Assembly: GCA_025966525.1 (NCBI GenBank)
Contig: JAPDIG010000004.1
Location: forward strand, 1 to 49,482
Direction of reading: 5' to 3'
Origin: Candidatus Methanophagales archaeon
GTDB taxonomy: Archaea; Halobacteriota; Syntropharchaeia; Alkanophagales; Methanospirareceae
DNA: 49,482 nt
The position numbers and the translations under genes were made by a program. Under the pieces are notes generated by a model, which ran no database searches, was not told the origin of the DNA, and worked only from the letters and a program-made list of their open reading frames with translations. Of this stretch, positions 9,393 through 18,663 are shown piece by piece. How positions within the stretch are numbered: position 1 is the stretch's first letter; the number at the start of each line of letters is the position of its first letter.

Positions 9393-10580
9393 CTACTTCT
9401 TCGTCCTTCCAAGTATAATATGGCAGAGTGTCCCGAAATCACCTCCAAGCGTATCGGTCATTCCATACTCCGGAACAGGGTCGATCTGGTTCCCTTTTGG
9501 TGCTTCTCCCCTCATTTGCTTAACGAGCCAGTAAACCTGAGATGCCCCTGTCGCCCCTATCGGGTGCCCCTTCCCTATCAACCCTCCAGACATATTTGTA
9601 GGTATCTTCCCTCCTAAATCCGTTTGCCCTTCCACAGTTGCATCCGCTGCTTCTCCCCAATCGAAGAAGCCCATACACTCAAGTGCAATCAATTCCGCAA
9701 TCGTAAAGCAATCATGAAGTTCAAGTATATCTATATCTGAAGGACCGAGACCTGCATGCTTAAACGCCATTCTCGCTGAGTTTATTCTTGAAACTGGCTT
9801 AGTCAGATCAGCCATCTTTGATAATGAACCTCCTGAACCCTGCCCTGTTCCCAATATGTAAACTGGGTCGTCCGTATATTTTCTCGCCTTCTCCGCTGCG
9901 CAGAGCACGATAGCCGCGGCACCATCGGAAAAAGGGCAGCAATCCAGAAGCGTTAGCGGGTCTGCTACCAATCTCGAATTTATTACATCCTCTACCTTCA
10001 GGTCGCCTAACTTCTTATAGAACTGTGCCAGCGGATTTAAAGCACCGTGCCTATGATTCTTTACCGAAACATGTGCCATTTTTTCACGTAGTTTTTCTAT
10101 TCTTATCTCATAATTCCTGGAGTACTGCCTTGCTGCCATTGCGAAAACCCCTGGAAAGGTGAGTCCCACAGGTCCCTCTGTTGGTGCATGACAAGCCATC
10201 GCAAATGTCCTTGTTGCAAATAGTGTCCCCATCAACAATGCTTTTTCCACTCCTCCGGCAATTACCATGTCATATACCCCGGAGGCAACCCACATCGCTG
10301 CTTCACGTATTGCTATCGAAGCGGACGCACATGCACCCTCGTATCTCGTTGCTGGTATAGGACACAAATTCAGCTCGGCAGCAGAGAATCCTGGAGGCGT
10401 TACCTGTCCCTCTTCAAAACCCGGGAGAGCCGCACCTTGAAATAACGCTTCTATATCCTTCAAATCCACACCGGCATCGTCAATTGATTGCAGTGCCGCT
10501 TCTGAGAACAACTCCAGCGACGTCTTTGATGCTCTCCCAAACTTCGTATGTCCAATTCCTATTATTGCTATATCCCTCAT
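9393..10580 (-). CDS. Thiolase (archaeal/SCP-x type acetyl-CoA C-acyltransferase)
   Basis: EGACAS, LLDCCPFSDGAAA, ELHDCFTIAE and GGLIGKGHPIGATG motifs. Confidence 0.93.
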   Translation of the reverse strand: MRDIAIIGIGHTKFGRASKTSLELFSEAALQSIDDAGVDLKDIEALFQGAALPGFEEGQVTPPGFSAAELNLCPIPATRYEGACASASIAIREAAMWVASGVYDMVIAGGVEKALLMGTLFATRTFAMACHAPTEGPVGLTFPGVFAMAARQYSRNYEIRIEKLREKMAHVSVKNHRHGALNPLAQFYKKLGDLKVEDVINSRLVADPLTLLDCCPFSDGAAAIVLCAAEKARKYTDDPVYILGTGQGSGGSLSKMADLTKPVSRINSARMAFKHAGLGPSDIDILELHDCFTIAELIALECMGFFDWGEAADATVEGQTDLGGKIPTNMSGGLIGKGHPIGATGASQVYWLVKQMRGEAPKGNQIDPVPEYGMTDTLGGDFGTLCHIILGRTKK

Positions 10581-10614
10581 ACTCTCCTGCTCCTATTTCT
10601 CATCCTATTTATGG

Positions 10615-11325
10615 TTATGTATATCGGGACAAAAAGCTTTTCATCTTTTCTATTATCATTCCTTCGCTCTTCACTTTAACTTCTTCTGCCATTAATACAT
10701 AGCGGTTTTTCCCCACTATGACCACGTTTCCTCTTGCCGTAACTGGCGTTCCAAATGAAATACTCGCTTCCTTTTCTTTTTCTTTTAATTCTACAAATAC
10801 TGCACCCGTACCGTCATCTAATATTACTTTCCTTCTTCCTTCTTTCCACGACAGTGGTGTTGATACTACATCCCCTTCTAATATCACATCAAAAGCACCT
10901 TCGCAACTGACAATTTCTCCTATCGTCCTCTCTTTAGGCTTCATCAATTCAGCCCAACCGGGAAAATCAATATCTTCATCAATTATGCTCACTGTCGCGT
11001 TTTTACCTATATACAAAGTTGCTATTCCCTTCCATCTCTTCACATATGCGTTCTCTATTTGCACTACCTTATCCCTTACAAGCTGAGTTCGCTCTTCTAA
11101 CGAAACAAACGGGATTTTGGCGGTGTAGTCAGCAATTACTCCGTTAAGAACGACTTTTTCCACTCCCACTTTCGTCTTTATCCCCTTTCTCGATACCTCT
11201 AAAACCCTGCACATGCAGTTCATTCCTGATTCCCCCTGCTTCAAGCACCAAAGTTCTCTATTTCTGCTGTCTGAAGGTGAAGGGACAAAACTGAAGAAAC
11301 CATGTTTTTTATATTCTCTTTGCAT
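10615..11325 (-). CDS. OB-fold single-stranded DNA-binding protein (RPA-like); start uncertain
   Basis: Two OB-like segments (GVIADYTAKIPF..VQIENAYVKRWKG; ILDDGTGAV); directly downstream of rfcL. Confidence 0.65.
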   Translation of the reverse strand: MQREYKKHGFFSFVPSPSDSRNRELWCLKQGESGMNCMCRVLEVSRKGIKTKVGVEKVVLNGVIADYTAKIPFVSLEERTQLVRDKVVQIENAYVKRWKGIATLYIGKNATVSIIDEDIDFPGWAELMKPKERTIGEIVSCEGAFDVILEGDVVSTPLSWKEGRRKVILDDGTGAVFVELKEKEKEASISFGTPVTARGNVVIVGKNRYVLMAEEVKVKSEGMIIEKMKSFLSRYT

Positions 11326-11355
11326 AACACTTTTTCTTTTTGGTGAAAGAAGCAA

Positions 11356-12804
11356 TTAAAAGAAATCCACTAAGGTCTTTTGGGTTTTCGCTTCATCCTC
11401 TTCCCTTGTTTTTATTATTTCTTCTTTAGCTTCGGCTTTAATCACACCCTCCTTTCCCGTTACTCCCTTCTTCCCTTTTATCACTGTTTTAGGCATTGCA
11501 TACGCATCCTGGTATATCCTCTTCGCTTTCTCTTCCCTATCTTCATCGGTATCACTAACTAAAAAGGCTATTTGGGGAACGTCCAGGCGCAGCGATGCTG
11601 TAATATCCACCGCCTTTCTTTCGTCAAGGAAAAAAAACTCCAAAAAAGGAACGACAAAGAGTCGTGCATAGCTTAGTGGCACTTTGCAATATTCCGCTAT
11701 TTTCTTCGCTATCGCTTCTCTTATCGGTATTGATTTCTTGTCTCCCACGGCTTGCCATCGGTTTCGTTGCCACGGCGAACGGAAATATCGTTGCCTTTGC
11801 CAGCCATATCTCCCCTGCATCTCTTTTGCAGAAAGCACGCCGCAAACCATTAAACTGGATGCATAGCGCCAGAACTTGTAATTCTCCCTGCGTTTTACTC
11901 TGCCTAAAAACGTATCCGCCCTGCTCAGGTAATGCAACCCGTGCAAAAAACTTTCTTCGTCATTTTCATACGCGAAATTCCGGTATATCCATTGTATGCT
12001 CTCTTCTGGCGTCTTGTCAAGACTGTAAAGAGAAGAAAGAGCTTCTTGCATCTCGTATCCCTCTACACCGAAAATCTTCTTCATTACCTCAAAAATATCT
12101 GTCTCTCTGTCTCGTTCCCCAGTCGCTATATCACCCTCATCTATTTTACCAAATTTTGATATAGAAATCGCATGCAAGTCGTTTATTGCAGACCTCAAAT
12201 CACCATTAGCGTTCTCCGCCAAAGCATGCAGTGCTTTATCTTCCACTTCTATTCCCTCAACACGACTTATTTTTTTGAGCACTTGAGAAACCATCTTATC
12301 TCCTATTCGGTCGAACTTAATTACCTTACAATTCCGTTGCAATGCCGGACCCATCTTGTGTTTATCATTGGCGATGAGGATTATTGGCTGTGTGCTTCTC
12401 TTCACTATTTCTGTTATCGCCTTCGTTCCACCACGGTCTTCGTTGCCATGTAGATTGTCAGCCTCGTCTAAAATGATTAATCTCGTCGTCTTGCTAAATG
12501 TATTGCTCGTAGAAGCAGGTCCCACAATGCTTTTTATCATTCCTGCACTTCTTTTGTCTGATGCGTTAAGCTCTATGACTTCCCATCCGCGCTCAGAAGC
12601 AAGTGCATAGGCTGCTGATGTCTTCCCACAGCCCGGTGGTCCATGAAGAATAGCAGCTTTCTTCGACTTTGTCTTATATACATTCTCAGCCCACTCTTTT
12701 AACTCTTCTATCGCTTTTTCGTTGCCCACAACTTTTCTTAACCTCTTTGGTCGGTATTTCTCTGTCCATTCCTTGCTATTCCCTTGCATTGTCATTAATA
12801 TCAT
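11356..12804 (-). CDS. rfcL: Replication factor C large subunit
   Basis: WTEKYRPK, GPPGCGKTS, ELNASD, LDEADN, GDLRSAINDL; C-terminal PIP box QKTLVDFF. Confidence 0.96.
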   Translation of the reverse strand: MILMTMQGNSKEWTEKYRPKRLRKVVGNEKAIEELKEWAENVYKTKSKKAAILHGPPGCGKTSAAYALASERGWEVIELNASDKRSAGMIKSIVGPASTSNTFSKTTRLIILDEADNLHGNEDRGGTKAITEIVKRSTQPIILIANDKHKMGPALQRNCKVIKFDRIGDKMVSQVLKKISRVEGIEVEDKALHALAENANGDLRSAINDLHAISISKFGKIDEGDIATGERDRETDIFEVMKKIFGVEGYEMQEALSSLYSLDKTPEESIQWIYRNFAYENDEESFLHGLHYLSRADTFLGRVKRRENYKFWRYASSLMVCGVLSAKEMQGRYGWQRQRYFRSPWQRNRWQAVGDKKSIPIREAIAKKIAEYCKVPLSYARLFVVPFLEFFFLDERKAVDITASLRLDVPQIAFLVSDTDEDREEKAKRIYQDAYAMPKTVIKGKKGVTGKEGVIKAEAKEEIIKTREEDEAKTQKTLVDFF

Positions 12805-12890
12805 AGACGTGCATCCTTGATATATTTTTGAAAAAGAAAAATAGAAAAGTTCTTATTTGAGAAGTGAAAAACACCAAATAGAGCAGATAA

Positions 12891-13577
12891 ATGAACGAGG
12901 ATAAAAGGAGAAAGAAAAAGGAAAAAGCGGCAGAATCCGCAGCTTCTCTGATAATAGATGGTATGGTCGTGGGACTTGGTTCGGGTTCTGCGGCAGAATT
13001 TGTGATAAGGAGGATAGGGGAGAGGATAAAGGAGGAGGGGCTCGAACTTTTGGGCGTTCCTACTTCACTTAGAACCGAGATGTTGGCAATAGAATGTGGA
13101 ATTCCCATCACTTCTCTTTCGGAGCATCCTTACCTGCATATATGCATAGACGGTGCAGACCAAGTAGATTCTCAACTGAATTTAATCAAGGGTGGATGGG
13201 GCTCCCATACAAGGGAGAAAATAGTGTCTTACGCAACGAAAAAGCTTGTTATCTGTGTTGAAGATGAAAAAATGGTAGAAATGCTGAATAAGCCTGTTCC
13301 TTTAGAAGTGTTACCTTATGCCGTGAAAATAGTGGAGAACCAGGTGAAAGAGCTTGGTGGGGTGCCAGTTTTAAGGAAAGAAGGAAACAGAGGAGGATAT
13401 TTTGTAACGGAGAACGGGAATCTAATAATAGATGCGGATTTTGGCATTATAAAGAATCCTGTGGAGATGAGCATTGCTCTTTCTTCTGTTGTCGGCTCTG
13501 TTGAGCATGGGATATTTACGAATGCTACTGAGGTGCATGTAGGGGATGAAAAAGGAGTTAGGATATTAAAAAAATAA
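12891..13577 (+). CDS. rpiA: Ribose-5-phosphate isomerase A
   Basis: GLGSGSA, IDGADQVD, IKGGWG..REKIV and VEHGIF motifs. Confidence 0.95.
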   Translation: MNEDKRRKKKEKAAESAASLIIDGMVVGLGSGSAAEFVIRRIGERIKEEGLELLGVPTSLRTEMLAIECGIPITSLSEHPYLHICIDGADQVDSQLNLIKGGWGSHTREKIVSYATKKLVICVEDEKMVEMLNKPVPLEVLPYAVKIVENQVKELGGVPVLRKEGNRGGYFVTENGNLIIDADFGIIKNPVEMSIALSSVVGSVEHGIFTNATEVHVGDEKGVRILKK

Positions 13578-13606
13578 ATGATATATCTTTATATACTTGT
13601 AATACA

Positions 13607-13960
13607 ATGCTACATAACATGGTGCAAACACTGACCGGAAAAGCAAGAATGATTCCAATCAGACTGCCTGAGGCCCGGGTTAATAAAATAGACGAAATAG
13701 TGGATACTCTCGGCTTTAAGTCACGAACTGATTTTATCAGGGAAGCCATTGAGCATTACGTTAAAGAAGTAGAGTTGGTAAAGGTAATTAAACTCAGAGA
13801 GATATCAAGAGAAGAGGCTAAAAACGAGATAAGGGACTACCTGAAGAGCAGAGATAAAGCTTGGTTAGATGAGATTGCTGATGACCTGAGACTCGATTTC
13901 GCATTCGTTGTGGATATAATAGAGGAATTGGAGAAAGATGGTTTTGTAAAGGAGGTTTGA
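13607..13960 (+). CDS. CopG/ribbon-helix-helix protein with C-terminal winged-helix-like domain
   Basis: IPIRLPE..VNKIDEIV..GFKSRTDFIREAI RHH pattern; C-terminal WLDEIADDLRLD..VVDIIEEL..G HTH-like segment. Confidence 0.75.
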   Translation: MLHNMVQTLTGKARMIPIRLPEARVNKIDEIVDTLGFKSRTDFIREAIEHYVKEVELVKVIKLREISREEAKNEIRDYLKSRDKAWLDEIADDLRLDFAFVVDIIEELEKDGFVKEV

Positions 13961-14163
13961 GATGAAATGACAATTCTTTATAAAAAGGGTGATGGTGTGG
14001 AGGGAGAAGTCTTAGTTGCTTTCTTCCGTAAAATGAAGGGACTCAGTGTTATAGTTGGTTCGGGAAGACATAGACAACAGAAGGTTATATTAATTGGCAC
14101 GCCAGCGGGATGTTTTATAAACAAAGAGATTAGAAGCATGGAGAGAAGGGAGATTAGAGAAAA

Positions 14164-14880
14164 ATGAAATTGTTGGTAAGTCCGAAGGATATAGAGGAAG
14201 CGAAGGCGGTGATTCGTGGAAATGCGGATATTATAGATGTGAAGAATCCAAAAGAGGGTTCCTTAGGTGCTAATTTCCCATGGATTATAAAGTCAATACG
14301 GGAATTGGTGGAAAAGGAGAAAGGAAATGGGGCGAAAATAAGTGCTGCGATAGGGGATTTTGATTATAAACCAGGAACTGCTTCTTTAGCCGCGTTAGGT
14401 GCTGCCGCCGCAGGTGCGGAATACATAAAAGTTGGATTACACAAAATAAAAACGAAGGAAGAGGCGATAGATTTGCTTACCGGCGTTGTTAAAGCGGTAA
14501 AGAATTTCGATCCGACCAGGAAAGTCGTTTCTGCTTTCTATGCCGATTATAAACGAATAAAATCGATTTCGCCTTTTGAAATCGCAGCGATAGGAGAAGA
14601 AGTGAATATAGACGTGGCAATGATAGATACCGGCATAAAGGACGGGAGGTCAACACTGGATTTTCTAAGCGAAGAAGAACTTAAGAGGTTTATCTCAGAA
14701 TCGAAAGCACTTGAACTTGAGACTGCTCTTGCAGGCTCGCTAAAATTTGAAGATGTTCCCACAATAAAGGAGATAGAACCAGATATAATAGGTGTTAGGG
14801 GGATGGTATGTGGTGGTAACAGAGAAGACAGCATAAAAGCGGAGTTGGTGAGTGAGTTGAAAAGGATGGTAGGAGAATAA
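14164..14880 (+). CDS. mfnB: (5-formylfuran-3-yl)methyl phosphate synthase (methanofuran biosynthesis)
   Basis: MKLLVSP, DIIDVKNPKEGSLGANFPW, MIDTGIKDG, ALAGSL and GVRG motifs. Confidence 0.93.
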   Translation: MKLLVSPKDIEEAKAVIRGNADIIDVKNPKEGSLGANFPWIIKSIRELVEKEKGNGAKISAAIGDFDYKPGTASLAALGAAAAGAEYIKVGLHKIKTKEEAIDLLTGVVKAVKNFDPTRKVVSAFYADYKRIKSISPFEIAAIGEEVNIDVAMIDTGIKDGRSTLDFLSEEELKRFISESKALELETALAGSLKFEDVPTIKEIEPDIIGVRGMVCGGNREDSIKAELVSELKRMVGE

Positions 14881-14884
14881 TTCA

Positions 14885-14970
14885 AAATCTTTCGCTCCCT
14901 TGGTGGAATATCCGTGATGTCCTGCTCGTCAAGGAATATCTTGCCACCCGTGGGACCCAGCACCATAAAA
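14885..14970 (-). pseudogene. Collapsed fragment of an ABC-transporter ATPase (WtpC/ModC-like)
   Basis: Reads FMVLGPTG|GKIFLDEQDITDIPPRERKI. Aligns by eye to the intact WtpC (FVILGPTG-[18 aa]-GEVWIDGHDVTNLPPERRRI) with most of the Walker A helix missing. Confidence 0.65.
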
Positions 14971-15011
14971 GACGTGTGAAAAGCCTGAACTAAGTTTTCA
15001 CATAAGCCTTG

Positions 15012-16196
15012 TTATTTCATCCATATTTGCCGCACCTGATATCCAATTGCTAATATTCCAGCAACGGCAAATACGGCTACAAAACCCGGTGTTTTCGGTG
15101 TCGGCGTTGGTGCTGAGGTTGGCTTTGGACTTGGACTTGGTGTAGGTTTCGGCTTTGCGGACTCAACATATACTAAACTTTTCAGTTCTTCCGGCAAATT
15201 ACCGCTCCCTTCTGGTGGCACAATTGGTGACTGTCCCTTATCGCTAAAAATTTTCTGCCCGGCATCTCCTATAACGAATTTAACGAACTCCAATCCAAGT
15301 TCTGGATTTTCCGCATTTGTCGGAACGGTGATACCATACACAATTGGCTTTCCTATTTTTGTCTTACCATCGGCAGTTTCCAATTTGACCTTTTTGTAAA
15401 AATCCGCGTACCCCACCTTGCTCAGATCTATTGGCTCAGGCAAATCGACAAACGCTAAATTGTGCTGAACGGCAACGCTTCTGTACTCAAACGCGTAGTC
15501 CAGCCCACCTTCTTCGACTAATGCTACGAGTTCAACCGATTTTGGTCTTATATCTACCTTCTCTGTGTTTGGCTTTAGGACTTCTGGCGTTTTTATTAAA
15601 TACGTCCCCTTCCTTTCCTCGGTTATCGTAATTCCCGTGTTGTCAAGAATCAAATCGTCAAATATCTTCTCATCACCGTAATGTAACTCTGCGAGCTGAA
15701 AGACCATTACTGCCCGGTATCCGCAAGGATCGAGATTCGGATTTGAAAAAGCGAAGGTGACACCATCTCTGCGAAGAATCTCATACCAGTTCTCCGGTGT
15801 GATTTCATCCGCATACATGCTCAACTCTGGATTATATGCAATAACTAGATCATTCGTTGCAAATCTCACATACCAATCGGCATACTTCGGGTACATCATG
15901 CCTGGTATAAGTGTGTAATCCGCAGATGCAAGCACATCTCCATTCTTCCCCACATCCGTTATCTGTCTCACTGCTGAGATACTACCCATTGATTCACGTT
16001 GCACATCTATGTTCGGATTCAAAGCCTCAAATTGGCTCTCCGCCTCCGCCAAAGGAACAGCTAAGCTCCCGGCGTGGAAAACTTTGACCGTTTTGGCTTG
16101 TTCTACTTCCACAGGCGAGGTGTAAAAAGCCACTACCGATACGCATGCAATTACTGCAATCACTATACCCCCCACCAAAATTTTTCTTTTTTCCAT
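15012..16196 (-). CDS. wtpA: Tungstate/molybdate ABC substrate-binding protein with Pro/Thr linker and PGF-CTERM-like tail
   Basis: FHAGSL, SADY, SNPNLDPCGYR, FEYRSVA and IVYGITVP motifs; tail KPTPSPSPKPTSAPTPTPKTPGFVAVFAVAGILAIGY. Start at 16196 follows a GGGGTGA RBS. Confidence 0.92.
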   Translation of the reverse strand: MEKRKILVGGIVIAVIACVSVVAFYTSPVEVEQAKTVKVFHAGSLAVPLAEAESQFEALNPNIDVQRESMGSISAVRQITDVGKNGDVLASADYTLIPGMMYPKYADWYVRFATNDLVIAYNPELSMYADEITPENWYEILRRDGVTFAFSNPNLDPCGYRAVMVFQLAELHYGDEKIFDDLILDNTGITITEERKGTYLIKTPEVLKPNTEKVDIRPKSVELVALVEEGGLDYAFEYRSVAVQHNLAFVDLPEPIDLSKVGYADFYKKVKLETADGKTKIGKPIVYGITVPTNAENPELGLEFVKFVIGDAGQKIFSDKGQSPIVPPEGSGNLPEELKSLVYVESAKPKPTPSPSPKPTSAPTPTPKTPGFVAVFAVAGILAIGYQVRQIWMK

Positions 16197-16271
16197 TTTA
16201 TTTTCACCCCGATATGCAAATATGGACAACTCGAAATAAATGCTCTTCGGTTTTTTTGAAATAAAACTTTC

Positions 16272-17318
16272 TCACCTCACCACGTGTACCGAAGTAGCTT
16301 TAAAGGTCGCATAGATCTCATCCCCTTTTCGCAGTCCGAGACTTTCTCGTGATTGTTTCGTAATAAGAGCTACAAGCGAATTATTCATTCTTACACGTGT
16401 TAAAGGACCCATATCGCTCATCTCTTCTATTTTTGCGCTAATAACGTTCCTTGCACTGCTTTCTTCCCTCTTTTCAGACAGAATTATGTCTTCGGGTCTT
16501 ATGAATGCTTTTACCGTTCCAGCATGGTAGTCTGAAACTGCAAATATGTTATAGCCCATATCAACTTCAATCTCTGCAATGCCATTCTTATTATTCCGAA
16601 CGATGCCACTCAATATATTCTCAACACCAACGAAGTCCGCTATCTCCTCGTTTTGCGGTTTGTTGAATATCTCATAGGGAGTTCCTGCCTGCATTATTTG
16701 ACCGCGCATCATCACTGCTATTCTATCTGCTAAAACCATCGCTTCTGTCTGGTCATGCGTTACGTGAACCATTGTAATTCCCAATTCGAGTTTTACCCTC
16801 TTCAGTTCTTCTCTCAGGTAATCTCTCGTTCTGAGGTCTAATGCGGATAAAGGCTCGTCCAGAAGTAATACAGAAGGTTCAATAGCAATTGCTCTCGCAA
16901 TAGCTACCTTTTGCTGTTCCCCACCGCTTAGCGTACCGGGATAGCGATGTGCAAGATGAACTATACTTAGCCAGTCCATTATTTCTTTCATTCTCTTCCT
17001 GTTCGTATCTGAGGATTTCCTCAACTTTAATCCGAATTCTATGTTCTCCTCAACAGTCAAATGTGGGAATAGTGAATAATCCTGATAAATGAAACCAATT
17101 CTCCTTCTCTCTGGCGGTAGATTCGTTACATCATGCCCATCTATCCAAACTTCTCCGCTGTCAGGAAAATAAAAACCGGCGATTGTTTCGAGTAGCAAAG
17201 TCTTTCCCGCACCAGTAGGACCCAGAATAACGAAATATTCGCCTTTTTTCACTTCTAAATTTATATCTTTGAGACAGAAATCTTTCCAATCTTTGTATAC
17301 GCTTTTGATTTTTATCAT
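16272..17318 (-). CDS. wtpC: Tungstate/molybdate ABC transporter ATPase with C-terminal TOBE domain
   Basis: GPTGAGKT, LSGGEQQ, LLLDEP, HVTHD; SARNVI..ATFKA TOBE segment. Confidence 0.92.
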   Translation of the reverse strand: MIKIKSVYKDWKDFCLKDINLEVKKGEYFVILGPTGAGKTLLLETIAGFYFPDSGEVWIDGHDVTNLPPERRRIGFIYQDYSLFPHLTVEENIEFGLKLRKSSDTNRKRMKEIMDWLSIVHLAHRYPGTLSGGEQQKVAIARAIAIEPSVLLLDEPLSALDLRTRDYLREELKRVKLELGITMVHVTHDQTEAMVLADRIAVMMRGQIMQAGTPYEIFNKPQNEEIADFVGVENILSGIVRNNKNGIAEIEVDMGYNIFAVSDYHAGTVKAFIRPEDIILSEKREESSARNVISAKIEEMSDMGPLTRVRMNNSLVALITKQSRESLGLRKGDEIYATFKATSVHVVR

Positions 17319-17417
17319 CTTGTTTACGCTCTATATCAGTAATGCCAATGGCGTTGATTTCTGGTTTTATGACAGCAAATCGTATTATTGAGAAGGGTAA
17401 AAAAAAGTGGTACCTTT

Positions 17418-18233
17418 TTATCCTCTCCTTCTTTTCCCAACTATCCTCAACACTATAAATATAACCAAACAAATCGAAATCAGCAAAACCGCAATCGGTC
17501 TTGATGCCGGTAATCCAAAAGATGTAAACTTCTCATATATTAAAATCGGTGCGGATATCGGATGGTACGCGATGATCAAAACAGCAGAGAACTCGCTTAT
17601 CGCACGCCCCCAGCTCAGAATCGCACCACTAAATATGGAAGGAAAAGCAAGAGGAAAAGTTATTTCTTTGAACGTTCTCCAATGCGACGCACCCAATGAG
17701 CGTGCAACATTTTCTAACCGCGGGTCAACCTCCTTGAAACCCTCTCTTGCTGTGTCTATTAAATATGGAAGGCTCATGAAAAGCATTGCAATTACTATTC
17801 CAGGGTACGCATCTGTAATTGCAATTCCTAACCTTTTTAGTGGTGCTCCAATCACTCCATACCGCATGAAGACGCCATATAAAGCAATCCCGGCAACAAT
17901 GTGTGGAATCATTAAGGGAATGTCCACAATGCCTTCTATAATGCTCTTACCCGGGAAATCCTTCCTCGCGAGGAGATAAGCTAACGGAACGCCGAAAAGG
18001 AAAGCAATTAGTGTGGACACCATAGCCATAGAAATGCTTATCCCTATCGCTTTTAGAACTACGGGGTCCTTTGCAGCATCAATTAACCCGGAGAAGTCTT
18101 CTGTCTGCTTGTAAAACATGTTTCCAAGCGTAATACAGACGAAAGCGATGAGAAAGAGGCCTAAAAAAAGAAAAAGGATAAATAGCTTCTCCCTCTTTAG
18201 TTTTTCCATTTCCCATCTCGAAAGAGACTTCAT
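17418..18233 (-). CDS. wtpB: Tungstate/molybdate ABC transporter permease
   Basis: GVPLAYLLAR..FPGK, DIPLMIPHIVAG, EAA-type loop ENVARSLGAS, WGRAISEF. Confidence 0.92.
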   Translation of the reverse strand: MKSLSRWEMEKLKREKLFILFLFLGLFLIAFVCITLGNMFYKQTEDFSGLIDAAKDPVVLKAIGISISMAMVSTLIAFLFGVPLAYLLARKDFPGKSIIEGIVDIPLMIPHIVAGIALYGVFMRYGVIGAPLKRLGIAITDAYPGIVIAMLFMSLPYLIDTAREGFKEVDPRLENVARSLGASHWRTFKEITFPLAFPSIFSGAILSWGRAISEFSAVLIIAYHPISAPILIYEKFTSFGLPASRPIAVLLISICLVIFIVLRIVGKRRRG

Positions 18234-18316
18234 CGCTATTTCTCCTTCCTACTTATATCTTTTATTCGCAAAGCACTTAAAGATGGAGGAGAACATATAA
18301 ACCCGAGGAACTAAAA

Positions 18317-18467
18317 ATGCTACTAAGCGCAAGGAACAGGGTTGAAGGTGTTGTAAAAGCATTATTAAAATCTTTAAGCCCATGACCATAACAGCGATGA
18401 TAACAAAGAAGGCGATAAAGTAGAAGCGGTGATAAAAGCGACTGAGGTGCTGGTGTCAAAGGAATAA
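18317..18467 (+). pseudogene. Molybdate/tungstate-binding Mop (TOBE) protein, frameshifted by two deletions
   Basis: Three consecutive frames read MLLSARNRVEGVVK / IKIFKPMTITAMITK / EGDKVEAVIKATEVLVSKE*, matching the Mop pattern (SARN..G.V; ITS.IT; EG..V.A.IKA..V). GAGG RBS upstream; divergent from wtpB. Confidence 0.8.
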
Positions 18468-18490
18468 AGAAAAATAATAAAAACAACCTT

Positions 18491-18498
18491 TTTAAGTA
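18491..18498 (+). promoter_or_regulatory. TATA box of the 5S rRNA gene
   Basis: TTTAAGTA ending about 21 nt before the 5S 5' end; the same 8-mer precedes the H/ACA RNA. Confidence 0.65.
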
Positions 18499-18519
18499 AG
18501 CAATAGAAATATTGTAAAT

Positions 18520-18646
18520 GGGCATAGCGGCCATAGCGGCGGGGAAACTCCCGGTCTCATTCCGAACCCGGCAGATAAGCCCGTCAGCGTTCCTTACTGT
18601 ACTGAGTTGCGCGAGCACTCGGGAACTAAGGATCGCTGCTATGCCC
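18520..18646 (+). rRNA. rrf: 5S rRNA (stand-alone)
   Basis: GCGGCCATAGCGG..CTCATTCCGAACCCGG.AGATAAGCC..GTACTG..GCGCGAG..GGGAA archaeal 5S signature; termini GGGCATAGC/GCTATGCCC pair. Confidence 0.97.
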
Positions 18647-18663
18647 ATAAATCATTCATAACT

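Noticed and set aside
18277-18648. 123-aa minus-strand ORF
   Set aside because: Antisense to the 5S rRNA and the Mop remnant; spurious.
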